The translations under genes and the position numbers were made by a program. The notes under the pieces were generated by a model. The model did not search any database. It was given only the letters and a program-made list of their open reading frames with translations, and was not told where the DNA came from. 64,000 nt of DNA from Gemmatimonadales bacterium (GTDB lineage: Bacteria; Gemmatimonadota; Gemmatimonadetes; Gemmatimonadales; GWC2-71-9). The stretch is taken from contig JBFJCP010000004.1 of NCBI GenBank assembly GCA_041615815.1, forward strand, positions 96,001 through 160,000, written 5' to 3'. Below are positions 48,147-58,006 of this stretch, piece by piece (within the stretch, counting starts at the first letter, position 1; each line of letters opens with the position of its first letter).

Positions 48147-50591
48147 GTGTCGCTGGTGATCACGAACTTGCGAGTGGCTCTGCGCAGTCTCGGCAAACGC
48201 CCGCTCTTTGCAGCGGTGGCACTCACGACGATCGCCGTGGGCATCGCCGCGAACACGGCCATCTTCGGCGTGGTGCATGCGGTGCTGCTCGAGCCGCTCC
48301 CGTACGAGGATCCGGGCCGGTTAGCGACCCTCGACGTCAAGGCGCCGACGGGATTCTACATCTCGACGTCGATTCCCAACTTCGAAGACTGGCGCGACCG
48401 GAATCGGGTGTTCGAAACGTTCGGCGCCTCGGCTGGCTGGGGGATGGTGATGACGGGGAGGGGGCCGGCCGAGGTGTTGAACCTTCGGGCGGTGCTGGGC
48501 GAGTTCTTCGAGACGCTCGGCGTGGCGCCGGCGCTGGGGCGCATCGTGCCGGCCGCGGAAACCGGGCCGGGTGCGCCGGCCGTGGTGGTGCTAGGACACG
48601 GCTTCTGGCAGCGGCAGTTCGGTGCCCAGGGCGACGCGCTGGGGCAAACACTCGTGCTCGATAATCAGCCATACCAAATCGTGGGGGTGATGCCGCGGGG
48701 GTTCGGATATCCGTCCGCGGACGTGGAGGCGTATTTCCCCATGGGCTCCCTGGCGTCCGACCTGCCGTGGACCGATCGAGACAGCAGTTTCGGAACGCGC
48801 ATCGTAGCGCGGCTTTCAGTTGGGACCACCCTCGAGCAGGCCGCGGCGGACATGCAACGGGTGGGCCGGGAGGTTCAGGAACTCGAGGGGAGAGCGGTTC
48901 CCCAGCCGGAAGTTCGCGCGCTGACCGATCTCCTCGTAGGCGACGTGCGTCTGCAGCTCTGGGTCGTGATGGGAGCCGTGGCGTTCGTGCTCCTCATCGT
49001 TTGCGCCAACGTCGCCAATCTGCTGCTTGCTCGTGGCGAAGATCGTCGCCGTGAGATGGCCGTGCGGACCGCGCTCGGCGCCCATCGGAAAGCAATCGTG
49101 AGCCAGCTCCTCGTGGAGAGCATGGCGATCGCTACCATAGGCGGTCTGTTGGGCGTGGTGCTCGCCGCTCCAGCGATGCGGCTCGTCATCCCATTCCTTC
49201 CAGGCGGCATCCCCGCGGCCTTGGTGGACCGGATCTCTCTGAGCGGCGGCGTGCTGCTGTTCGGCGTTGCCCTCTCACTCGTAACCGGTCTGGTGTTTGG
49301 ACTCCTGCCGGCATTTCGCATCTCTCAACTCAATCCCATTGGTGAGTTGCGGGCCGCTGGTCACGCGGACGAGCGCGTCCGTCACCGGATGCGGTCGGCA
49401 TTGGTGGTGGCTGAGGTCGCCGTGGCACTCGTGCTGCTGATTGGGGCCGGACTCATGGTACAGAGCCTTGGTAGGCTCCGTGCCGTGGAAAAGGGATTCG
49501 ATGCCGAGAATGTGCTGACCGCCCGAATCGGGCTTCCCGATGAACGGTATTCGGATCGCGACCGGTGGCTGCGGTTCTTCGAGCAGCTGCTTCCCCGTGC
49601 GGAAGCGCTGCCGGGTGTTCGCGCCGCGGCCGTGAGCCTGCTCCTTCCCCTCAGCGACCGCTCGTGGGAGATGCGGATCGTTCCGGAGGGAGTGCCGGTT
49701 CAGCGAGAGACCGCTGAGTCGGTGCTGTTCGGTATCGTGTCGCCCAGGTACTTCGAGGCGCTCGGAGTGCCTATCCTTCAGGGCCGCTCGTTTGCTCCGT
49801 CCGATCGCGATGAGACGGAGCTGGTGGCGATCATCGACGAGACCATGGCCGAACGATTCTGGCCAGGTGAGAACCCCATCGGGAAACGCGTCGCGTTCGA
49901 GCTCGAAGAAGGGAGTAGCTGGGACGATCCGGTTCCGGTCTACCGGACGGTCGTCGGCGTGGCGAAGAACGTCCGTCATTATGCATTGGCCAGTCCGTCG
50001 CGCATACAGGTCTATATCCCCTACACACAGCCGCAGCGCTTTGCGGGTGTGGGTCTCAACGTGCTCCTCAAGACAACCGTCCCAGCCACGTCTTTGGTCG
50101 AGCCATTGCGGCAAGAGGTGGTGGCGCTCGATCCGGACGTACCCATCTACCGAGTGACCACGATGGGGCAGTACGTGGACCGGGCGCTGTCAGGGAGCCG
50201 CTCCATGAGCGGCATCCTGGTGGTGTTCGGCATCGTGGCACTCTTGCTGGCGGCGGTCGGGATCTTCGGGGTGATGTCGTACTCCGTAGTTCAACGGACC
50301 CGGGAGATCGGTATCCGCATGGCCATGGGGGCACGTGGAGAGGATGTAGTGCGGTGGATAGCAGGGCAGGGTGCCATGCTGGGACTCATCGGGATCGCAT
50401 TTGGACTCCTCGCGGCGCTCGCCCTGATGCGGGTGCTCGCCGGCTTGTTGTTCGAAGTGGGGACGATCGAGCCCCTGACGTACGCGGGCGTGGCGCTCGT
50501 GCTTCTCGCCGTCGCGACGTTGGCCGCCTATCTGCCGGCACGACGCGCGACGCGAGTGGATCCGGTGACGGTGCTCAAATCAGATGGCTAG
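48147..50591 (+). CDS. ADOP-type duplicated ABC permease
   Basis: GIAANTAIFGVV..VLL.PLPY, LLIVCANVANLLLARG..R.REMAVR.ALGA, and a second FtsX half (QRTREIGIRMAMGA). Confidence 0.92.
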   Translation: MSLVITNLRVALRSLGKRPLFAAVALTTIAVGIAANTAIFGVVHAVLLEPLPYEDPGRLATLDVKAPTGFYISTSIPNFEDWRDRNRVFETFGASAGWGMVMTGRGPAEVLNLRAVLGEFFETLGVAPALGRIVPAAETGPGAPAVVVLGHGFWQRQFGAQGDALGQTLVLDNQPYQIVGVMPRGFGYPSADVEAYFPMGSLASDLPWTDRDSSFGTRIVARLSVGTTLEQAAADMQRVGREVQELEGRAVPQPEVRALTDLLVGDVRLQLWVVMGAVAFVLLIVCANVANLLLARGEDRRREMAVRTALGAHRKAIVSQLLVESMAIATIGGLLGVVLAAPAMRLVIPFLPGGIPAALVDRISLSGGVLLFGVALSLVTGLVFGLLPAFRISQLNPIGELRAAGHADERVRHRMRSALVVAEVAVALVLLIGAGLMVQSLGRLRAVEKGFDAENVLTARIGLPDERYSDRDRWLRFFEQLLPRAEALPGVRAAAVSLLLPLSDRSWEMRIVPEGVPVQRETAESVLFGIVSPRYFEALGVPILQGRSFAPSDRDETELVAIIDETMAERFWPGENPIGKRVAFELEEGSSWDDPVPVYRTVVGVAKNVRHYALASPSRIQVYIPYTQPQRFAGVGLNVLLKTTVPATSLVEPLRQEVVALDPDVPIYRVTTMGQYVDRALSGSRSMSGILVVFGIVALLLAAVGIFGVMSYSVVQRTREIGIRMAMGARGEDVVRWIAGQGAMLGLIGIAFGLLAALALMRVLAGLLFEVGTIEPLTYAGVALVLLAVATLAAYLPARRATRVDPVTVLKSDG

Positions 50592-50670
50592 CAGGGAGGA
50601 CACAGGGCAGAACGGCGATGGCAGCGTGTAGCATACCGATCGATGAGCGAAAGGGTGGAGCGTAGGACCC

Positions 50671-51216
50671 TCAGCCTCGTTTCCGCGTCCATGCGTCTCG
50701 CCGAGCCTCCTGCCACTGTCCGTCCTGTTGGATGTAGGTGATGGTGAGCATGCGATTGGGAGCGAGCAGGACAGCCTCGTCGCGGATGAGGGAGCGCCCG
50801 CCCTGATTGGTATAGCCGGTGTAGGCCGTCACCACGGTACTGTCGTTGGTTCGATACACTCGACCCTTGTCGGCGCGTCGGCCCAGGATGTAGTAGGCGT
50901 GGAAGAACGTCGTCTGGGTCGCTACGTCCCACCCCTTGAAGCCCTCTGCCATCACACGCTCGCTACCGTCGGCCAGAACCTGGCTGATGGTCATCTTGGC
51001 GACGGTCCGATATCGGTCGACCCACTCCAGGCGGTACCCGAAACGAAACCGGTCCCCGTTTGACCCTTCGAGTTTCTCGGTAACCCAAGAGCCCATGAAC
51101 GGTTCGAGTGCGACGATTCCCAGTGAGTCACCGGGAGGGGGTGAGGGGGCCTGAGCGACTCCCACCACGGGCAGGCACGCGCAGAGGCCGAACACGGCAA
51201 CGCGGACGAAATGCAT
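50671..51216 (-). CDS. secreted hypothetical protein (lipocalin-like beta-barrel possible)
   Basis: Signal peptide; LEPFMGSW N-terminal motif; beta-rich pattern. Confidence 0.65.
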   Translation of the reverse strand: MHFVRVAVFGLCACLPVVGVAQAPSPPPGDSLGIVALEPFMGSWVTEKLEGSNGDRFRFGYRLEWVDRYRTVAKMTISQVLADGSERVMAEGFKGWDVATQTTFFHAYYILGRRADKGRVYRTNDSTVVTAYTGYTNQGGRSLIRDEAVLLAPNRMLTITYIQQDGQWQEARRDAWTRKRG

Positions 51217-51361
51217 TGGCGTCACCTGAGAATATGGAGTTGACAATCGAGCTACGGAATCTCCTCTTGCGAGCTACGACCAAAGCCCCGACCTCCCTAA
51301 ACCCTAACCTCTATTTCCCTAACCACTAGCCCCTAACCCCTCGACCGCTCACCTTTCGTCC

Positions 51362-52990
51362 ATGTCTCCCCTCCTTGCGGTGCTGATGCTCCAGATCGGC
51401 CAGGTGGATTCGGCGCTGGCCGTTGTGGACGACGTGATCCGGGGCCACGTGAACATCTTGCAGTACGACATCGCGGTCTCGATTCCCGATGTGGGTAAGG
51501 CGATCACCGCCACCACGACCATTCGGTACCTGCAAAGCGCGTCCGACGGTGTACTCAGGCTGGACTTCGATCCACGTCTCAGCGTGGATTCGGTTCGGAT
51601 GGGTCGCATGCTTCGCGTGCGGCTCGCTCCCGGACGGGATTGGCAGCGCGGGCCGGATGGGGGAGTCACGATTCGTCGATGGGGTCGCGAGGGCGAGACG
51701 GCAACGGTCGCGGTGTTCTATCACGGATCCCCAGCCGATGGGCTATTCATCCAGGACAACGTGCATGGAGCCCGCACCGCCTTCGCCGACAACTGGCCCA
51801 ACCGGGCACGCCATTGGTTTCCTGCCATCGACCATCCGAGCGACAAAGCGAGCGTGGCGTTTCACGTGGAGGTGCCGGCGGGCTGGCGAGCGATCGCTAA
51901 CGGCGTGCTCTCTGGGGTCGATACCTTGGCTAATGGCCGCACCACGTGGCACTGGAGCGAACGCCGCGCGATTCCGGTGTACACCATGGTGGTCGGCGCC
52001 GGGCGGATGGCGGTGACGGAACTAGGGTCGCCCGCGGGCGTGCCCCACACGCTGTGGACCTTTCCCGAGGACTCGGTGTTCGCCGCGGCACAGCCGTTTG
52101 CGCGCGCGAACCTGATATTGGAAACGCTGACCAAGGCGTTCGGCCCTTTCCCCTATCAAAAGCTGGCCCACGTGGAGTCTTCGACGCGGTTCGGAGGGAT
52201 GGAGAACAGCTCGGCCATCTTTTACACGGAGCGTGGGTACGCCAGCCGCGAGATGGGCGAGGGCCTTGTGGTGCACGAGACGGCGCATCAGTGGTTTGGC
52301 GACGCCGTCACGGAGTACGATTGGCATCATCTGTGGTTGTCCGAGGGGTTTGCCACCTATCTCACTGCGTTCTTCTACGAGCTCATCGGCGAGCACGACA
52401 CGTTTCGCGAGCGCCTCCGGGACAACAGACAGCGGTACATGGAATCGGAGGTGGTGGACAAGCCCGTGATCGACACCACCGAGCAGGATCTCTTCGGTTT
52501 ACTGAATGCCAACAACTATCCCAAGGGCGGCTGGATCCTCCACATGTTACGCCGTGAGGTTGGCGACTCGACGTTCGTGCGAAGCTTGCGTGAGTTCTAC
52601 GAGACGTATCGCGACTCGACGGCACTCACCAGCGACTTCGCCGCGATCGTGGAGCGCCAGGCGAACCGCGAGCTGGATTGGTTCTTTCGGCAGTGGCTGC
52701 TCCAGCCGGGCTATCCCAAACTCGGCGTCGCATGGACGTTCGACGAGACTCAGCGGGTGCTGACCGTGAGTGTACGACAGGTGCAGCCGCCGGAGTGGGG
52801 TCGGTATCGGATGGCGTTGCCCATCCGGCTTCGATTTGCGGACGGTGGTCAGATGGACGTCCCGGTGCCGCTCGAGGGTGCTGACGTCTCGGCGACGTAT
52901 ACCGGCGTGTCGGGGCGGCCGGTGGCTGTGGAGGTCGATCCGGAGGGGGATCTGCTCCTCGAGGTGGTGGTGAGCGAGGGTACGGATTAG
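51362..52990 (+). CDS. M1 family aminopeptidase
   Basis: GGMEN; HETAHQWFG...WLSEGFATY (HExxH-x18-E); YPKG. Confidence 0.93.
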   Translation: MSPLLAVLMLQIGQVDSALAVVDDVIRGHVNILQYDIAVSIPDVGKAITATTTIRYLQSASDGVLRLDFDPRLSVDSVRMGRMLRVRLAPGRDWQRGPDGGVTIRRWGREGETATVAVFYHGSPADGLFIQDNVHGARTAFADNWPNRARHWFPAIDHPSDKASVAFHVEVPAGWRAIANGVLSGVDTLANGRTTWHWSERRAIPVYTMVVGAGRMAVTELGSPAGVPHTLWTFPEDSVFAAAQPFARANLILETLTKAFGPFPYQKLAHVESSTRFGGMENSSAIFYTERGYASREMGEGLVVHETAHQWFGDAVTEYDWHHLWLSEGFATYLTAFFYELIGEHDTFRERLRDNRQRYMESEVVDKPVIDTTEQDLFGLLNANNYPKGGWILHMLRREVGDSTFVRSLREFYETYRDSTALTSDFAAIVERQANRELDWFFRQWLLQPGYPKLGVAWTFDETQRVLTVSVRQVQPPEWGRYRMALPIRLRFADGGQMDVPVPLEGADVSATYTGVSGRPVAVEVDPEGDLLLEVVVSEGTD

Positions 52991-53281
52991 GGAATCGCGG
53001 CGGGTTCGCTCGCTCGTCGTCCTCGATAAGTCGTTATGTTCAAATGAGATTCCGCTTTGCACGGGCAGCGGGGTCGTACATGCGTGAGTCAGTGAGGGAC
53101 TGTCGAACCGTACGGTCCCTTTTGCGTTGGTACGGGCCGGGAGAGCACAATCGCCCCTATGAGGAGTACGAAGCCCTTGGATGCAACCTCGGCGACGGCC
53201 CCTCCGCAGCTGGCTCACGAACATGTCCCCTCAGTTATGCTCTCCCCGGGCGAAGCCAAGCGCCTGAGGAGCCGGCACGTT

Positions 53282-53402
53282 CCGTAACAATCCTCGGAAC
53301 GATCCGTTACGTCACTCCTGCTTCAGCTGGCGGGCGGTGATCTTGTAAGTCCTTCCCGCCTTTGTCGATTCATCGAGATCGAGCTGCGGTACGCCTTTCG
53401 CA
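53282..53402 (+). promoter_or_regulatory. putative sigma54 promoter and upstream enhancer for the signalling operon
   Basis: CGGTACGCCTTTCGCA (GG 53388-89, GC 53400-01); GGAAC-N5-GTTAC at 53296-53310; extra CCGTAAC half-site at 53282. Confidence 0.6.
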
Positions 53403-53447
53403 AGACGTCTGTCGCGTCCCTTCGGCAGATGAGTGAGGAAGTGTCCC

Positions 53448-54827
53448 ATGAGCGACGAGACGCCCGTTCGCATCCTCGTCGTCGACGACGATCCCGCCAT
53501 TCGCGCCTCCGTGGCTGACGCCCTCGGCGGGGAGGCCCTCGAGATCCTCGTGGCCGCGAACGCCCAAGAGGCACTCGGCCTCCTCGACGCCGGGCCGGAC
53601 GTCGTCCTGTCCGATGTGAAGATGCCCGGTGTCGGTGGTTTGGAATTGTTACTGAGCATCAAGGAAAGGGTCCCGTCCGCGGATGTGATTCTTATGACCG
53701 CGTACGACAATGTGCCCACCGTCGTGACCGCCATGCGGGGTGGGGCAGTGGACTTCCTGTGTAAACCGCTGGATCTCCAGGAGCTGCGCCAGGTGATCCA
53801 GCGGGTGATCGCGGGGCGCGAACGGTCGAGCGATCACCCGCGATCGACGGGGAGCACATCCGGTGGCGCACCCTCGTTATCCTCGACGGTCCGTTCAACC
53901 GCAAGCGATCCTTCGGAGGCGCTTTGCGCCCGTTTGCGCCACACCCTCGCTCCGGCTTACCGCGTGGAACGACGACTGGGGAGCGGTGGCACCGCAGTGG
54001 TGTTCCTTGCCCAGGACCGCAAGCATGGTCGGCAGGTGGCCATCAAGGTGTTGCGGCCCGAGCTGGCGGCCTCCGTGGGCAACGACCGCTTTCTGCGGGA
54101 GATCCGCATCGCGGCACAGCTCAACCATCCTCACGTGCTGACGCTGATCGACTCCGGGTCCAGGGGCGGCCTCGTGTACTACGTCATGCCGTTCGTGGAT
54201 GGTGAATCACTCAGGGAACGGTTGACACGAGAAACCAGACTCACGGTCCCGGACGCCGTCAGGCTCCTCATCCAGTTAGCGGATGCACTGAGTGCGGCCC
54301 ACGCCCAGGGAATCGTCCATCGTGACGTCAAGCCGGAGAACGTTCTGCTGGCGGGTCGGCACGCTGTCGTGACGGACTTCGGTGTGGCCAAAGCGATCCA
54401 CGAAGCGAGCGGTGGCACCGCGACGGCGACCGGGCTGGCCGTGGGAACACCCGCCTACATGTCGCCAGAGCAGGCTGCGGGAAGTCCCGACATCGACCAT
54501 CGATCCGACATCTATGGACTCGGCGCCCTGGCCTACGAGATGCTGGCCGGGCGGCCGCCGTTTGAAGGGCGCACACTGCAAGCTCTGCTGGCCGCCCACG
54601 TCACAGAGCTCCCCACCCCAGTCGGCCGCCACTGTGATGGGTTGCTCTCCGAGCTCGAGCTTGTCGTCATGCGATGCCTCGCGAAGCACCCCTCTGACCG
54701 GTGGCGGACGGCGGACGAGCTCCTGGCTCGGCTCGAGCAGTTCACCACACCTCCCGGCGGAGTAGCGTCTCCCACCCCGGGTGGCGGCTCTGGCGCCTCC
54801 ACGTCTCACGGCCCAGACTCAGTGTAG
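53448..54827 (+). CDS. receiver (REC) domain fused to a Hanks-type Ser/Thr kinase, cytoplasmic
   Basis: REC motifs VVDDD, SDVKMP, MTA and KP; kinase motifs LGSGG, VAIK, HRDVKPEN, DFG and [10 protein letters not shown]; no TM segment. Confidence 0.92.
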   Translation: MSDETPVRILVVDDDPAIRASVADALGGEALEILVAANAQEALGLLDAGPDVVLSDVKMPGVGGLELLLSIKERVPSADVILMTAYDNVPTVVTAMRGGAVDFLCKPLDLQELRQVIQRVIAGRERSSDHPRSTGSTSGGAPSLSSTVRSTASDPSEALCARLRHTLAPAYRVERRLGSGGTAVVFLAQDRKHGRQVAIKVLRPELAASVGNDRFLREIRIAAQLNHPHVLTLIDSGSRGGLVYYVMPFVDGESLRERLTRETRLTVPDAVRLLIQLADALSAAHAQGIVHRDVKPENVLLAGRHAVVTDFGVAKAIHEASGGTATATGLAVGTPAYMSPEQAAGSPDIDHRSDIYGLGALAYEMLAGRPPFEGRTLQALLAAHVTELPTPVGRHCDGLLSELELVVMRCLAKHPSDRWRTADELLARLEQFTTPPGGVASPTPGGGSGASTSHGPDSV

Positions 54828-54840
54828 AGGACCACTTCTC

Positions 54841-56172
54841 ATGCCTGCCCGCATCCTCGTCGTTGACGACGATCCGACCATCCGCACCTCGCTGGTGGAA
54901 GCGCTGAGCAGCGACCGTGTCGACGTGCAGGTCGCCGAGAGCGCGGAAGCGGCGCTGGCGTTGCTCAAGAACGGGGTCCCTGACCTCGTCTTGTCCGATG
55001 TCCGAATGCCGGGCTTGAGCGGCCTCGAGCTGCTGGAACTCCTCCAGGAGCGGGCCGCCGAAGCGGATGTCATCATGATGACCGCGTTCGACGACATGCC
55101 CACGGTGGTCCGAGCAATGCGGGAGGGCGCAGCCGATTTTCTGTCCAAGCCGCTGGACCTGCACGAGCTCAGGCGCGTGGTCCATCGGGTGCTCGGGGAT
55201 CGCCGCACCCGCGAGCGGAGCAGACGTAAAGAAGAGGACGAAGCCGCGCCCTACCGATTGGACCAGCTGGTGGGTCGAGATCCTCGCATGATCCAGATCT
55301 ACAAGCTGGTGGGGCAGCTCGCCGCCAACCGGGCCAACGTCCTCATCAGGGGCGAGACGGGGACGGGCAAGGAGCTGATCGCCCGTGCGATTCATTATAA
55401 CGCGCCCGAGGCAGCCGATCCGTTTCTTCCCATCAATTGCACGGCGCTGCCGGAGACGCTGTTGGAATCCGAGTTGTTTGGTCACGTGAAGGGGGCGTTC
55501 ACGGGTGCGGTGGCCGATCGCCGGGGCCGGTTCGCGCTGGCAGGGAAGGGGACGGTATTTCTGGACGAGATCGGCGATACGGCCCCGGAGTTCCAGAGCA
55601 AGCTGCTGCGGGTGCTGGAAGATCGGGAGTTCTACCCCGTAGGAGCCGAGGTGGCCGAGCGTACCGAGGCGCGGGTGATCGCAGCGACCCATCGCCATCT
55701 GGAGGAGCGAATTGCAGAAGGCGCGTTCCGGGAGGATCTCTACTATCGGTTGCGTGTGGTAGAGATCGTGGTACCGCCTCTGCGCGAGCGGCTCGTGGAT
55801 CTGCCTGCGCTCGCGGAACACCTGGTTCGCCGCGTCGCGGAAGAGTTCCATCGCTTGCCGCCGGTGTTGTCCCGGGAGGCTTCTGACGTCCTGCTCCAGC
55901 ACGAGTGGCCCGGGAACGTCCGTGAGCTGGAGAACACCCTGACGCGGGCCGTGGTACTTGCCACGGGCGATGTCATCCGGCCCGAGCATCTCGTGCTCGC
56001 TCAACGGAGTGCGCAGCCGCCGGACCAGCTGCTGTCCCTCTCGGATCTTGAACGCCAGCACGTCGGACGCGTGCTCGAGGCAACCCGAGGGAACAAGACC
56101 AGGGCCGCCGAGATCCTCGGCGTGTCCCGGCCTCGGCTCAACCGTATGCTCAACAAGTACGGGATGGAGTAG
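54841..56172 (+). CDS. sigma54-dependent response regulator (NtrC/AtoC family)
   Basis: REC domain; [28 protein letters not shown] and WPGNVREL motifs; Fis-type HTH. Confidence 0.95.
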   Translation: MPARILVVDDDPTIRTSLVEALSSDRVDVQVAESAEAALALLKNGVPDLVLSDVRMPGLSGLELLELLQERAAEADVIMMTAFDDMPTVVRAMREGAADFLSKPLDLHELRRVVHRVLGDRRTRERSRRKEEDEAAPYRLDQLVGRDPRMIQIYKLVGQLAANRANVLIRGETGTGKELIARAIHYNAPEAADPFLPINCTALPETLLESELFGHVKGAFTGAVADRRGRFALAGKGTVFLDEIGDTAPEFQSKLLRVLEDREFYPVGAEVAERTEARVIAATHRHLEERIAEGAFREDLYYRLRVVEIVVPPLRERLVDLPALAEHLVRRVAEEFHRLPPVLSREASDVLLQHEWPGNVRELENTLTRAVVLATGDVIRPEHLVLAQRSAQPPDQLLSLSDLERQHVGRVLEATRGNKTRAAEILGVSRPRLNRMLNKYGME

Positions 56173-56177
56173 CCGCC

Positions 56178-57827
56178 ATGTGGCGCCCGCCGTCGCTCAC
56201 CCTGCGAACGAAGTTCGTGCTCGTGGTTCTCCTGGGGGCAGTGCTGCCACTAGGGCTCGTGGGCTATTGGCTCACCCAAGCTACGGAGCGTTCGGGTGAA
56301 GAGTTACTGCGAGGTCGTTTGGAAGAAACGTTGGATCGCCTGGTCCGCGACATGGGGGTGAAATGGGCGGGTCTGCGTTCGAATTTGCTCGACCTCGCGG
56401 AACATCCCGCCGTGCTCAATGCGGTGTACGAGCCCGGCGCCGCCGAGGTCCGAGTTCCCATCGACCTCCGACGGCTCTACTCGCGGCTTCAGGATGACAT
56501 CACCCAGGTCACGCTCCGCGATACTGCCGGAGCAGTTGTAGTGGAGCTGGCCGCCGATTACGGACCGTCATCCTACCGCACCCGCGCCATCGGCCCCACG
56601 CTGCCGGTGGAGATCGATTTCCACGCCCCGGTTTCCGGCACGCGTCTGGGAACGGTGGAAGCGCGGATCGCGGTGAACAGCCTCCTCGGGAGCGGTCAGA
56701 TGGGGGTTGCGAGCTCGGTCCTGGCGGTGTTCGACGCCAGTGGGGCACCGGTACTGCCCGTCAGTGTCGATCCGGCCGTGGTGCGTCAGCCCCGGTTTGC
56801 TTGGGCGGACGAACCCTGGGTCGGGGTGCGCCGCGTTGTGAGCGACCCGCCAGTGGAGCTCGTCTTGGTAGCGCCAGCCGGTCCCTTCAAGCAGCCGTTC
56901 GCCGAGGCCACTCGGCGGGGCACCCTGGCCCTCTTGGTCGTGACACTCGGGAGCCTCGCGGTGGTGATGGTGCTGACGGCGCGGATCACGCGCTCCTTGC
57001 GGCGTCTCGCCCACGCGGCCGATGCCGTCGCGGGCGGCGATCTCGACCAGAGGCTTTCTGCTGAAGGTGGGCGCGAGCTGTCGCGGGTCGCTCGAGCGTT
57101 CAACGCCATGACCGAAAACCTGCGACGCACGCTGCGCAGGCTGACGCAACAGGAATCGCTGGCAGCGGTGGGGGAGTTTGCGGCCTCCCTCGCCCACGAG
57201 GTCCGGAATCCCTTGTCGTCGATACGACTGGACCTTCAGCTCGCACAGGAGAAGACCGCCGATCCCGGCGCCGGCGAGCTGGTGGGCCGGGCCCTGCGCA
57301 CCGTCGAACGCCTCAACACCACCGTGACCGGAGCCCTCCAGGTGGCGCGAAGTGGTCGGATCCGCCGAGAGCCCCTCGAGCTGACGACAGTTATCGAGGG
57401 GGCCATGCATGGCGCGGCTCCGGAATTCGACAAGCGTGGCGTGCGGCTTGATGCATCGCTGAATGGTGCCGGATCCGTCGAGATGGTGGGAGACGCGGCG
57501 GCGCTCGAGCAGGTGTTCCTGAACCTGTTGCTGAATGCAGCCCAAGCGATGGAAGGTGAGGGTGAGGCGCGGATGCGACTCCGGCGAGACGGCCAAACCG
57601 TGATGGTATCGGTAGAAGATGAGGGAGCCGGTATCCCGGATGACGTCCGTTCGATGATCTTCGAGCCGTTCTTCTCCACCAAGAGCGAGGGCACCGGGCT
57701 CGGCTTGGCCACCGTGCAGCGTATCGTGGCTGCCCACGGAGGCGAGGTGACGGTGGAGAGTCTCGAGGGGGGAGGCACCATCGTGACCGTCCGACTGCCG
57801 GCTCGGGTGCCAGACGTAACGGCGTGA
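56178..57827 (+). CDS. membrane sensor histidine kinase with a HAMP domain
   Basis: Two TM segments and HAMP; AHEVRNPL, NLLLNAAQAM, DEGAGI, FEPFFSTK and GTGLGL motifs. Confidence 0.95.
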   Translation: MWRPPSLTLRTKFVLVVLLGAVLPLGLVGYWLTQATERSGEELLRGRLEETLDRLVRDMGVKWAGLRSNLLDLAEHPAVLNAVYEPGAAEVRVPIDLRRLYSRLQDDITQVTLRDTAGAVVVELAADYGPSSYRTRAIGPTLPVEIDFHAPVSGTRLGTVEARIAVNSLLGSGQMGVASSVLAVFDASGAPVLPVSVDPAVVRQPRFAWADEPWVGVRRVVSDPPVELVLVAPAGPFKQPFAEATRRGTLALLVVTLGSLAVVMVLTARITRSLRRLAHAADAVAGGDLDQRLSAEGGRELSRVARAFNAMTENLRRTLRRLTQQESLAAVGEFAASLAHEVRNPLSSIRLDLQLAQEKTADPGAGELVGRALRTVERLNTTVTGALQVARSGRIRREPLELTTVIEGAMHGAAPEFDKRGVRLDASLNGAGSVEMVGDAAALEQVFLNLLLNAAQAMEGEGEARMRLRRDGQTVMVSVEDEGAGIPDDVRSMIFEPFFSTKSEGTGLGLATVQRIVAAHGGEVTVESLEGGGTIVTVRLPARVPDVTA

Positions 57828-57933
57828 CGAGGCGTCCGTAACGGAAGGTTACGGCCCGTGCCGACCGCGAAACTCTCAATCCGTTCAGAATCAACTGATT
57901 ACCGTCGCAGAACACGTGGGCATGGGCCTAGCA
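57815..57933 (+). promoter_or_regulatory. putative sigma54 promoter with enhancer and IHF site
   Basis: CCGTAAC-N5-GTTACGG at 57836-57854; CGTAAC-N3-GTGACG at 57815-57829; AATCAACTGATTA (WATCAANNNNTTR) at 57889-57901; GG-N10-GC at 57919-57932. Confidence 0.65.
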
Positions 57934-58006
57934 TGTTAGCAAGGCGTGTCGTTAAACGAATCCAACGCCGTAGTGCGACAGCGGAGCCCACAAGGGGGGG
58001 ATCGAG

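Noticed and set aside
53044..53340. Small ORFs between the aminopeptidase and the signalling operon
   Set aside because: No recognisable motifs or convincing RBS, and they overlap the putative enhancer region.
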